From the NCBI GenBank assembly GCA_030729695.1, contig JANQWV010000070.1, forward strand, positions 9,188 through 73,187: a stretch of DNA of 64,000 nucleotides. Reading direction: 5' to 3'. The notes beneath the pieces are model-generated. The model did no database searches, was not told the DNA's origin, and was given only the letters and a program-made list of their open reading frames with translations. Origin of the DNA: Flavobacteriales bacterium. GTDB taxonomy: Bacteria; Bacteroidota; Bacteroidia; Flavobacteriales_D; Sanyastnellaceae. The stretch's first letter is position 1. Every line of letters begins with the position of its first letter. Below, one piece after another: positions 21,547-30,416 of the stretch. The translations under genes were made by a program, and so were the position numbers.

Positions 21547-21624
21547 TGGGGTGGCTTATGGGATTCGAACCCACGACCCTCAGAACCACAAACTGATGCT
21601 CTAACCAACTGAGCTAAAACCACC
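21547..21624 (-). tRNA. tRNA-His (anticodon GTG)
   Basis: The reverse complement folds as a cloverleaf. The acceptor stem is GTGGTTT/AAGCCAC, the D arm is AGCTCAGTTGGTTAGAGC, and the anticodon loop TTGTGGT carries GTG. The T arm is GTGGGTTCGAATCCCAT. An extra G-1 sits opposite discriminator C73, which is the tRNA-His hallmark. The 3' CCA is encoded. Confidence 0.9.
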
Positions 21625-21708
21625 GTCTAAGAGGGCGCAAAGATAAACACATTCATTCTATTTGAACAAATAGACCCGAGTATTTTTTTGAATTTGTATC
21701 TTGCAACA

Positions 21709-22845
21709 GTGAAAAGTAAATTTCATGTCCTCTTTCTTAGCAGTTGGTTTCCGAGCAAAACCCACCCTACTCTTGGCAATTTCGTTCAACGTCATGCTGA
21801 GGCTGTAGCGCTGTTCGCAAAGGTGACCGTCCTATATCTATCAAAGAATAATACAATTGAAAATTTTACGATTGAAGATTCCGAAGAAAGCAATGTCCGC
21901 ATTGTTCGCGTGTACTATTCAGCCAATGGATTTCTCTTCCTCAATCGAATTCGAGCATTGAAGAAAGGAATTGAACACATCAATTTCAACACAAATAAGC
22001 CTAACATCGTTCAACTCAACATGGTTTGGCCAGAAGGATGGCAAGCACTTTTCATTAAACGGAAATGGAAAATTCCATTCGTAATTTCAGACAACTGGAC
22101 AGGCTATCATGCGAATGAAAGAGGTCCTTTACCAGCGCACATTAGAAGCTACATGCGCCATGTGGCAAACCAATCGAATCTGCTTCTTCCTGTTACCAAG
22201 CAACTCGAGCAAGCCATGCGCAAAATAGGATTCAGCAGGCCTTCGGTCATTGTTCCGAATGTTGTGAATACTGATTACTTCAAGACTGAAAATAAAAATT
22301 CAACGCATACTTTTCTTCACATTTCACACCTCGACAACAACCACAAAAACATTGAAGGTATTCTTCAGGTTTGGAAAAAATTCTCTGATCAAGTGGAAGA
22401 GGTTATTCTTGAACTAGGGGGCGATGGTGATATTCAACATTGGAAAAAAAGAAGTGAAGAGTTAAAGATTCGTGAAAGCAGCATCTCGTTTTTCGGGACG
22501 TTGAACCAACAAGAAGTTGCAGCAAAAATGAACGCTTCTCATACGTTCGTACTTTTCAGCAACTACGAAAATTTACCACTCGTAATGATAGAAGCCATGG
22601 CCAGTGGAATGAATGTCATTGCTACGCGTGTAGGCGGAATCGCAGAGCATATGGGCTTTTGCAGATGGAACAAACTCATTGACGCGAAGAATGAAGTTCT
22701 ATTATTGAATGCATTCTCTGAGTCACACAATGAATTGCATGAAGTGAATCGTGAAGAAATTTCTACGTATGCCGAAAATAATTTCTCATTCAATTCAGTT
22801 GGAAAAAAATTCATAGATGCCTACGAACAAGCAATAGCCAAATGA
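21709..22845 (+). CDS. Glycosyltransferase family 4 (GT-B fold)
   Basis: N-terminus (V)KSKFHVLFLSSWFP and an EX7E-type motif (LPLVMIEAMASGMNVIATRVGGIAEH). The ORF-track start at 21688 is a TTG. The GTG at 21709 gives a typical GT4 N-terminus, but the start remains uncertain. Confidence 0.75.
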   Translation: MKSKFHVLFLSSWFPSKTHPTLGNFVQRHAEAVALFAKVTVLYLSKNNTIENFTIEDSEESNVRIVRVYYSANGFLFLNRIRALKKGIEHINFNTNKPNIVQLNMVWPEGWQALFIKRKWKIPFVISDNWTGYHANERGPLPAHIRSYMRHVANQSNLLLPVTKQLEQAMRKIGFSRPSVIVPNVVNTDYFKTENKNSTHTFLHISHLDNNHKNIEGILQVWKKFSDQVEEVILELGGDGDIQHWKKRSEELKIRESSISFFGTLNQQEVAAKMNASHTFVLFSNYENLPLVMIEAMASGMNVIATRVGGIAEHMGFCRWNKLIDAKNEVLLLNAFSESHNELHEVNREEISTYAENNFSFNSVGKKFIDAYEQAIAK

Positions 22846-24038
22846 AACGAGTAGAATTACTTTCCATATTGAATCGCGCATTCGGACTGGTTTCAGCATT
22901 GCTTCTTGTACTTATGAATTTGCATTTTGTTCATGTGGAAGGACAAGGAACCATTGCTCTCATCAATTTCGGAATTCTCATACTCGCAACGTTAAGTCAG
23001 TTCATTGGCGGCGGCGCGCTCATCTATTTAATTCCTCGCATGGGTGAACATAAAATTGCGCTTCCTTCTCTTCTGTGGATTGCAATTAGTGCCGTTTTAA
23101 CTTCCGTCTTGCTCTTGGTGCTGAAGGCACCATTTATTGGGCTCACAATTCTTTTAGGGACACTTCAGGCCGTTTTCGTTTTGCAACAAATGATTCTATT
23201 GGGAAAAGAAAAAATTGAATCTTATCAGGTTTTACTTTTCACACAATCAATCTCTTCCTTGGCCTTCGTAGCGTGTTTTTATTTAGCAACGGATTGGGGA
23301 ATTCTCGCTTTCGTTTCAGGACAGTTATTGTCATTCGTACTTACCGCCTCGGTTGGGTTTTATCTTACTCCGAATGTTTGGAAAAACATGCGCTTCGACT
23401 TATCGAAAAACGATTTGAAACAAACGGCAAAACTTGGTGGGTATGCACAATTAGGAAATATTTTCCATTTAGGAAATCAGCGTTCTTACTTGTATTTCCT
23501 TGAAAATTTAGGTGCTGAAGGAAAAGTTTTTGCTGGTGTATTTTCCATACTCATGTATGTGGCTGAAGCGCTCTGGTCTGTGGTAAAAAGCCTGTCATCT
23601 ATACTCGCCTCGCGCGTTGCGCAAACGTCAAATTTCACGGAACATTTAGCTCTTACTAAACGCTATTTAATTATTGGAATATCCACCACGACATTCGGAA
23701 CGCTGTGTTTCATGCTCGTGCCGAATTCTTGGCTAGCCGTATTTGTAGATTATGACATTGCATTTTTAAAAGAAGGATTCTTTTTTCTTGTTCCTGGTAT
23801 AATTGCAAATGCAGCAACGGTCTCATTTGCTCATTTATTTTCAGGAAAAGGATTACACCAGTACAACTTCTATTCAGCTGTCTCTGGATTCTCCGTTGCG
23901 ATTTGTTGCTCTACCATTCTAATTCCAAGCGACAACATCAATGGCGCTTGCATGGCGGCTTCCGCGGCATTTATAACACAATGCCTCGTGCAAATTTTCT
24001 TTTATTTCAAGTTGAAGAAAAAAGAGAACTTAGTCTAA
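22842..24038 (+). CDS. Polytopic membrane protein, Wzx-like oligosaccharide flippase (tentative)
   Basis: 398 aa with about 10-12 hydrophobic helices. It overlaps the glycosyltransferase gene by 4 nt. The call rests on context and topology only. Confidence 0.45.
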   Translation: MKRVELLSILNRAFGLVSALLLVLMNLHFVHVEGQGTIALINFGILILATLSQFIGGGALIYLIPRMGEHKIALPSLLWIAISAVLTSVLLLVLKAPFIGLTILLGTLQAVFVLQQMILLGKEKIESYQVLLFTQSISSLAFVACFYLATDWGILAFVSGQLLSFVLTASVGFYLTPNVWKNMRFDLSKNDLKQTAKLGGYAQLGNIFHLGNQRSYLYFLENLGAEGKVFAGVFSILMYVAEALWSVVKSLSSILASRVAQTSNFTEHLALTKRYLIIGISTTTFGTLCFMLVPNSWLAVFVDYDIAFLKEGFFFLVPGIIANAATVSFAHLFSGKGLHQYNFYSAVSGFSVAICCSTILIPSDNINGACMAASAAFITQCLVQIFFYFKLKKKENLV

Positions 24039-24734
24039 ATTGAAAACATCGCGCATTCCAATTGGGCGTGATGCTACGAATCCTTCTGCGTACTGATATC
24101 CTGCATAGCGACCGAAATCCATAGCCCTGCCCTTAATGAAATCAAAAAACTCTTCTCCGGAAATAGGTGTCTTTGGCTCTTGCGAATTCGGATCGAAAAA
24201 TTGACTTGAAAATGATTTCAACGTATCAATTTTTTGTTCCATTTGCTGGGTAATATCAATTACGAAATCTGGACGGTTATAAAAATCTTGATTGAAGTGA
24301 TAAACCGCGCGAGGTCTCCATGCCTCATGGGAAGTCTCTATTTTCGGGAGTCCCGCATAGAAGCAACACTCGGCTACTAATTTTGCTGCACGCGCATGAT
24401 CAGGATGCCTATCGCGAAGTGAGTTCGTAAAAACTATTTCAGGTTTGTACTTCCGAATAGCATCAATTATTAGCATTTTATTCTCAGGAGTATCCGTAAA
24501 AAAGCAATCGGGCAACTCCAAGTTTTCTCGGTAATGAATGCCCATAACCTCTGAAGCATTTTTCGCTTCAATCATGCGTAATTCCGCACTTCCACGCGTT
24601 CCTCGTTCGCCTTGTGTGAGATCAACTAAAGCGACCTTCTTTCCTTCTTTAACTGATTTTATTATGGTACCAGCCGCACTAATTTCAGCATCATCAGGAT
24701 GGGCAGAGATAACGAGTAGATCTACTTTGTTCAT
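24030..24734 (-). CDS. bshB1: PIG-L/LmbE-family N-acetylglucosaminide deacetylase (bacillithiol biosynthesis BshB1-like)
   Basis: 234 aa. VISAHPDDAEI zinc motif, GERGTRG and RDRHPDH. Confidence 0.8.
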   Translation of the reverse strand: MNKVDLLVISAHPDDAEISAAGTIIKSVKEGKKVALVDLTQGERGTRGSAELRMIEAKNASEVMGIHYRENLELPDCFFTDTPENKMLIIDAIRKYKPEIVFTNSLRDRHPDHARAAKLVAECCFYAGLPKIETSHEAWRPRAVYHFNQDFYNRPDFVIDITQQMEQKIDTLKSFSSQFFDPNSQEPKTPISGEEFFDFIKGRAMDFGRYAGYQYAEGFVASRPIGMRDVFNLD

Positions 24735-24798
24735 TTTGCAAATCTCCGAAAAATAGAATGAAAATGTATTAAGAAATTAATCCCTATTTTTGCTAGAT

Positions 24799-25764
24799 AT
24801 GTTTAGGAGATTATTGTTCATACTAACGGCAATGCTATTCAGCGTATTCTCCTATGCCCAACCGTCGGGTGCCCTCGAATCGGCCCTCGAATTAATGGCA
24901 GACACTGCATCTTGGGTAAACGCTACAGAATATATTAAAGTTAAAAAGTCGCCGATTTACGTTACTCCAAACATTCCTGCAATTAATCTCAACTTGAAAG
25001 GACTTGCTGACTCATTAACCAATATTCCGAGTTACGCCAATTACCAGAGCTGGGATACGCAGAACATCTGGCACAAAAAGAGAAATGTCGTTTTTCCGAA
25101 TGATTCAGCCCTATTCTTTCAATTAATTATAGACTCTTGCGACTTCGCATTCCCGACGGATATTGGCAGACAGACCTCCCCCTTCGGTCCTCGTTGGGGT
25201 CGCCTTCATGCTGGCCTTGATTTAGATTTGGATACCGGAGACCCGGTTTACAGTATGTTTGAAGGGCTCGTTCGAATTTCTCAATACAGCGACACTTATG
25301 GAAACGTTGTGGTTGTAAGGCATCCGAATGGACTGGAAACTTTGTACGCGCACATGTCTGCTAGAATGGTAGTTCCAGGTCAATATGTCCAAGCCGGCAA
25401 TATGCTTGGTCTTGGCGGAAATACCGGCCGCTCATACGGTGCCCATCTTCATTTCGAAACAAGATATTTGGGAAATCCTTTCGATCCAGCCTACCTGATT
25501 ACGCCGAATCAAAAGGCATTGAAATCTCCTGTTTTCCAACTGACAAAAAAGAAGTTAAACGCACCCACAACAACCCCTGCCGCTCCGAATGCAAACAACA
25601 ATTCCAAAGGAGGATCTGGCAGCAAATATCACACGGTAAAGCGCGGAGACACACTTTCTTCGATTGCATCCAAGAACAAAACCACCGTATCTAAATTGTG
25701 TAAACTCAATAAAATTAAACCCTCAACCATTTTAAAAATCGGGCAAAAAATTAGGGTGCGATAG
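24799..25764 (+). CDS. M23-family metallopeptidase with a C-terminal LysM domain
   Basis: Signal peptide MFRRLLFILTAMLFSVFSYAQ from the ATG at 24799. M23 motifs HAGLDLD and GNTGRSYGAHLHFE. LysM stretch YHTVKRGDTLSSIASKNKTTVSKLCKLN. Confidence 0.88.
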   Translation: MFRRLLFILTAMLFSVFSYAQPSGALESALELMADTASWVNATEYIKVKKSPIYVTPNIPAINLNLKGLADSLTNIPSYANYQSWDTQNIWHKKRNVVFPNDSALFFQLIIDSCDFAFPTDIGRQTSPFGPRWGRLHAGLDLDLDTGDPVYSMFEGLVRISQYSDTYGNVVVVRHPNGLETLYAHMSARMVVPGQYVQAGNMLGLGGNTGRSYGAHLHFETRYLGNPFDPAYLITPNQKALKSPVFQLTKKKLNAPTTTPAAPNANNNSKGGSGSKYHTVKRGDTLSSIASKNKTTVSKLCKLNKIKPSTILKIGQKIRVR

Positions 25765-25844
25765 AATTTCAAACTATCTTCCCTCACGACTATCAAATTT
25801 CCTTTTAGTCAAGAACAAAAAGCACATAATGGTGTTTTATCTTT

Positions 25845-27320
25845 ATGAGAAAACGTATTGCCGTTATAGGAGCTGGATTCGCGGGATTGTCTGCTGCATG
25901 CCGATTGGCGCAGCTGGGCTTTGAAACGCATGTGTTTGAAAAGCAATCCACACCTGGCGGGCGTTGTAGAGTTTTTGAAGCTGAAGGATTTGTTTTCGAT
26001 ATGGGGCCAAGTTGGTATTGGATGCCCGAGGTTTTTGACCAATTCTTTGAACAATACGGCGAGAAAAGAAGCGACTATTACACGCTTGAAAGACTAGACC
26101 CCTCATACCGCGTTTACTTTTCAAATAAGACACTTGACGTTCCTGCTTCTACCGATGCTTTAGGAGATCAACTTGAGTTAATAGAACCTGGCAGCAAGGA
26201 GAATCTGAAAAAATTCCTTTCGGAAGCTAAGTACAAATACGAAACGGGTATGGGTGAATTCGTTTGGAAGCCATCGCTTTCAGCGACCGAATTTCTTGAT
26301 CTCAAACTTTTGAAGGCCGCTGTTCGCATTCATCTTTTCAATTCCATTTCATCACATATTCGCAAGTATTTCAAACATCCTGAAATTATTCAATTGTTAG
26401 AATTTCCGGTTCTTTTCTTAGGTGCCAAACCCGAGAAAACTCCTGCATTGTACAGCTTAATGAATTACGCAGACCTTGAACTTGGGACGTGGTACCCAAA
26501 AAATGGAATGGGCGAAATTCCTAAGGCCATGGAAAAGGTAGCGAAAAAACTTGGAGTAACTTTTCATTACAACAACTCGGTCTCTCAGATTGAATCGTTG
26601 AATGGTCAAGCGAAACGCCTAATCACTTCTTCTGGAAACTTTGAAATAGACGCCGTAATTGCGGGAGCCGATTACCATCATGTGGAAACGAAAATGCTCT
26701 CTCCGAAAGACAGAACCTATTCCGATGATTATTGGAATTCTAGAACAATGTCACCATCATCACTCCTCTATTATTTGGGAGTGAACAAACGAGTGAGTAA
26801 TCTACTGCATCACAACTTGTTCTTCGACGAACCTTTTGATCTTCACGCAAAAGAAATTTACGACAACCCTCAATGGCCTACTCAGCCCTTGTTCTATGCC
26901 TGTGCCCCCTCAAAAACAGACAATTCCGTAGCTCCTGAAAATTGTGAAAACATTTTCTTACTCGTTCCAGTGGCTCCCGATTTAACAAGCGATGAAAGTT
27001 TACGAGATAAATATCTTCAAAACATGCTTGACCGTTTAGAGAAACGCACGGGTGAATCTATTCGTGAGCACATCGTTTACAAACGAAGCTTTGCGCACGA
27101 AGAGTTTATTTCAGAGTACAACAGTTTCAAAGGCAATGCATACGGATTAGCCAATACATTGAAACAAACAGCAATTTTAAAGCCTGCTATGCGAAGCAAA
27201 AAACTGAACAACTTGTTTTACGCAGGGCAACTTACCGTTCCAGGACCTGGAATGCCGCCGAGCATAATAAGCGGACAACTAGCCGCCGAGACTATGAACA
27301 AACTTCTTTTTCAATCATAA
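25845..27320 (+). CDS. crtI: Phytoene desaturase
   Basis: 491 aa. FAD motif VIGAGFAGLSAA and the CrtI C-terminal motif FYAGQLTVPGPGMPPSIISG. Confidence 0.92.
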   Translation: MRKRIAVIGAGFAGLSAACRLAQLGFETHVFEKQSTPGGRCRVFEAEGFVFDMGPSWYWMPEVFDQFFEQYGEKRSDYYTLERLDPSYRVYFSNKTLDVPASTDALGDQLELIEPGSKENLKKFLSEAKYKYETGMGEFVWKPSLSATEFLDLKLLKAAVRIHLFNSISSHIRKYFKHPEIIQLLEFPVLFLGAKPEKTPALYSLMNYADLELGTWYPKNGMGEIPKAMEKVAKKLGVTFHYNNSVSQIESLNGQAKRLITSSGNFEIDAVIAGADYHHVETKMLSPKDRTYSDDYWNSRTMSPSSLLYYLGVNKRVSNLLHHNLFFDEPFDLHAKEIYDNPQWPTQPLFYACAPSKTDNSVAPENCENIFLLVPVAPDLTSDESLRDKYLQNMLDRLEKRTGESIREHIVYKRSFAHEEFISEYNSFKGNAYGLANTLKQTAILKPAMRSKKLNNLFYAGQLTVPGPGMPPSIISGQLAAETMNKLLFQS

Positions 27321-27324
27321 TATC

Positions 27325-28167
27325 ATGACAGGTAAACCACTCTTCGACAACGTTTCCTTCGATTGTAGTAAGCTTACAACACACGCCTACAGCACAAGCT
27401 TCAGTTTGGGCATACGAACACTCGGTAAAGAAATTAGAAATCCGATTTACGCCATCTATGGTTTCGTTCGTTTTGCCGATGAAATCGTTGATACTTTTCA
27501 TGATTATGAAAAGCATGAACTTATGGCTCGCTTTCGCAGAGACACGGTCTTGGCCATTGAGGAGCGTATTTCACTGAATCCAATCTTAAATGCCTTTCAG
27601 CACACCTACCACAAGTACAACATTGAGTGGGATTTAGTTGATACTTTTTTGAAAAGTATGGAGATGGACCTGCATCAAATGGAGCATGATAGGGCTTCTT
27701 ACGAAACCTACATTCTAGGTTCTGCAGAGGTAGTCGGATTGATGTGTTTGCATGTATTTGTAAATGGCAATCAAGCAGAATACGAAAAATTAAAACCTTC
27801 TGCAATGAAGCTTGGCGCCGCTTTTCAGAAGATTAATTTCCTGCGCGATTTACACGCAGACTACAATGCACTGGGTAGAGTTTATTTTCCAAATGTAGAT
27901 ATGACTCAATTCGATGAGCCTACCAAAAAGACCATAGAAAAAGAAATCAATGAAGATTTTAGACATGCATATGTAGGCATACTTCAACTTCCAAAAGAAG
28001 CGAGATTCGGTGTTCTTATTGCTTTCAAATACTACTACAAACTGTTTCTTAAAATACAAGCGCTCCCATGCGATCGTATTTTGAAAGAACGCGTGAGAGT
28101 TGCTAACCCAAAGAAAATTGCATTACTGGCTAAAAGTTATTTGCAACACAATTTAAATTTGTTGTGA
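27325..28167 (+). CDS. crtB: Phytoene synthase
   Basis: 280 aa. Asp-rich motifs FVRFADEIVD and NFLRDLHADY. Confidence 0.92.
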   Translation: MTGKPLFDNVSFDCSKLTTHAYSTSFSLGIRTLGKEIRNPIYAIYGFVRFADEIVDTFHDYEKHELMARFRRDTVLAIEERISLNPILNAFQHTYHKYNIEWDLVDTFLKSMEMDLHQMEHDRASYETYILGSAEVVGLMCLHVFVNGNQAEYEKLKPSAMKLGAAFQKINFLRDLHADYNALGRVYFPNVDMTQFDEPTKKTIEKEINEDFRHAYVGILQLPKEARFGVLIAFKYYYKLFLKIQALPCDRILKERVRVANPKKIALLAKSYLQHNLNLL

Positions 28168-28682
28168 TGAAATTAGTGGTCTTAAAATCATTCATTCTAA
28201 TCTGCATTCTTTCAGCAGTAGTCCCGTCCTCTGCTCAAGAAATTCAATGTCAAAAACTCTTTATCTCCGCTCAGAACGAGCCGGCAAAACAAGAGTTCTA
28301 CAACTATTGCGCGAATCTCTCGAACCGTAACAATACACAGCAAGCCTACTTCGGAGTAGCCACTGCCATGTATGCTGAACTGGTTTCAAATCCAGCTGAT
28401 AAACTTGGATATTTCAGTCGAGGAAAGGACATGCTTGAAAAAGCTATTGCAAACGATTATTGGAATGAAGAACTTCGTTTCTTGCGTTACTCAGTTCAAG
28501 ACAAAGCGCCTTGGATGTTGCAGTATCACGACAAACTCGATGAAGATGCATACTACATTTATCAATCGCTTTCAACCGGAAAACTAAATAAGACCAAAGC
28601 CTTTTGGAAAATCGTTATTCAGTTTATGATTCAAAGTAAAAACATAAGCGACGACCTAAAATCGAAATACAGTCAACTGTAA
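28167..28682 (+). CDS. Hypothetical exported, probably all-helical protein embedded in the crt operon
   Basis: Signal peptide MKLVVLKSFILICILSAVVPSSAQ. Its ATG overlaps the crtB TGA (TGATG) and its TAA overlaps the idi ATG (TAATG). I recognise no motif. Confidence 0.6.
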   Translation: MKLVVLKSFILICILSAVVPSSAQEIQCQKLFISAQNEPAKQEFYNYCANLSNRNNTQQAYFGVATAMYAELVSNPADKLGYFSRGKDMLEKAIANDYWNEELRFLRYSVQDKAPWMLQYHDKLDEDAYYIYQSLSTGKLNKTKAFWKIVIQFMIQSKNISDDLKSKYSQL

Positions 28683-29200
28683 TGGAATACGTGGTGCTCG
28701 TAGACGAACAAGACAATGCCATTGGAACAATGGAAAAACAACAAGCCCATGTTGAAGGAGTTCTACATCGCGCGTTTTCGATTTTCATTTTCAATTCAGA
28801 TAAAAAATTACTCCTTCAGAAAAGAGCTTCTACAAAATACCACTGCGGAGGTTTGTGGACGAACACCTGTTGCTCTCATCCGAGAGAAACGGAAAACATT
28901 ACAGATGCGGCTAACAGAAGGCTTCTCGAAGAAATGGGAATGCAATGCGAATTAAAACCCATCTTCTCCTTTCTCTACAAAGCAGAATTTGACAATGGTT
29001 TAACCGAACATGAATTTGACCACGTTTTTTTCGGACAGTCAAATCAAGTACCCGAATTAAACCTAGAAGAAGTCGAAGACTTCAGATACATTGGTCTTGA
29101 CGATTTGCAATTAGAAATAAAAGAAGCCCCTCAGAATTTCACTCCTTGGTTCCTTATTGCACTTGATAGGGTAACTGAGTATAACTCTAAGCAATCATGA
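28682..29200 (+). CDS. idi: Isopentenyl-diphosphate delta-isomerase, type 1 (Nudix fold)
   Basis: 172 aa. HRAFSIFIFN, WTNTCCSHP and the glutamate-containing motif TEHEFDHVF. Confidence 0.88.
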   Translation: MEYVVLVDEQDNAIGTMEKQQAHVEGVLHRAFSIFIFNSDKKLLLQKRASTKYHCGGLWTNTCCSHPRETENITDAANRRLLEEMGMQCELKPIFSFLYKAEFDNGLTEHEFDHVFFGQSNQVPELNLEEVEDFRYIGLDDLQLEIKEAPQNFTPWFLIALDRVTEYNSKQS

Positions 29201-29670
29201 CACTCAATATAGCAATCATCGTAATTACATTCCTTGTAATGGAAGGAATGGCTTGGCTCACTCACAAATTTGTGATGCACGGATTCATGTGGTATTTCCA
29301 CGAAGATCATCACCAACCTACACCAGGATTTTTCGAAAAGAACGATATTTTCTTTCTTATTTATGCCGTTCCGAGTTGGTTGTTAATCATGTTCGGAATG
29401 ATGAACGGAAATGATTTTCGCACCTTCATCGGATTTGGAATTCTAGCATACGGAATCGGATATTTCTTGGTACATGAAGTACTCATCCACCGCAGATTTC
29501 GTTGGTTCGACAAAACAGACAACCTCTACTTCCGCGCCATTCGTAAGGCACACAAAGTTCATCACAAGAATCAATTCAAAGAAGAAGGAGAATGTTTCGG
29601 AATGCTTATCGTTCCGATGAAATATTTCAAGTCTGAACTCAAATTCAAACAAGCAAAAGCAGCGAAATGA
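29197..29670 (+). CDS. crtZ: Beta-carotene 3-hydroxylase
   Basis: 157 aa. Membrane di-iron His boxes HKFVMH, HEDHH, HEVLIH and HKVHH. Confidence 0.88.
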   Translation: MTLNIAIIVITFLVMEGMAWLTHKFVMHGFMWYFHEDHHQPTPGFFEKNDIFFLIYAVPSWLLIMFGMMNGNDFRTFIGFGILAYGIGYFLVHEVLIHRRFRWFDKTDNLYFRAIRKAHKVHHKNQFKEEGECFGMLIVPMKYFKSELKFKQAKAAK

Positions 29671-30416
29671 ACTCGAGCTACGCCTACATACTCGTAGATC
29701 TCTTCTGCTTGGCAGGACCTTTCATTTTAAGCTTTCACAAGAGCGTTGCTTTTTACAAAAAATTTAAAGCACTCATCGTTGGGCTGCTGTTCATGTGTGC
29801 CGTTTATATTCCTTGGGACATTCTCTTTACACATTGGGGAATTTGGAATTTCAATCCAACCTATACACTAACTCAAAGATGGTTCCTATTGCCCATTGAA
29901 GAGTGGTTATTCTTCATTGCCGTTCCCTTCGCCTGTGTGTTTACTTTCGAATGCGTTCGCTACTTTAAGAAAACAGCTCCCTCAAAAAGTTTCGCAAGAA
30001 TCTCCGGCACAACCATAGCAATTATAGCAGCAGTGCTTTGTGTTTACGCTGGAGTTGAAAAGCTTTGGTACACATTCAGCGCCACGCTCTTCTGCGGAGC
30101 TTTATTGCTTTTCCACTTGCAACGAAAGTCAGAATTTCTTGGGTATTTTCTATACGCTTGGTTCATTCTACTCATTCCGTTTTTCATTTCGAATGGAATT
30201 CTCACTGGACTGCATTTCTACGAATATGATTTAATAAATACATCCAAAGTAGACATCACGGAAGCCATTGTTCGATACAACAATCAATACAATTTAGGCG
30301 TACGAATTTGGAGTGTCCCAATGGAAGATTTCTTTTACGGATTAGCAATGGTTCTGCTAACCTTAACCCCGTATGAATATTTCCGTTTGAAGTGGGAATC
30401 TAAAACTTCACAATAA
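29667..30416 (+). CDS. Lycopene cyclase, fused CrtYc/CrtYd-type (lycopene cyclase domain protein)
   Basis: 249 aa polytopic protein with two copies of the PxE(E/D) motif (LLPIEEWLFF and VPMEDFFY). It is the last gene of the crt operon. Confidence 0.75.
   Translation: MNSSYAYILVDLFCLAGPFILSFHKSVAFYKKFKALIVGLLFMCAVYIPWDILFTHWGIWNFNPTYTLTQRWFLLPIEEWLFFIAVPFACVFTFECVRYFKKTAPSKSFARISGTTIAIIAAVLCVYAGVEKLWYTFSATLFCGALLLFHLQRKSEFLGYFLYAWFILLIPFFISNGILTGLHFYEYDLINTSKVDITEAIVRYNNQYNLGVRIWSVPMEDFFYGLAMVLLTLTPYEYFRLKWESKTSQ

Noticed and set aside
21547-24800. Possible genomic island integrated at tRNA-His
   Set aside because: I found no integrase, transposase, phage gene or direct repeat of the tRNA 3' end between the tRNA and the next housekeeping genes.
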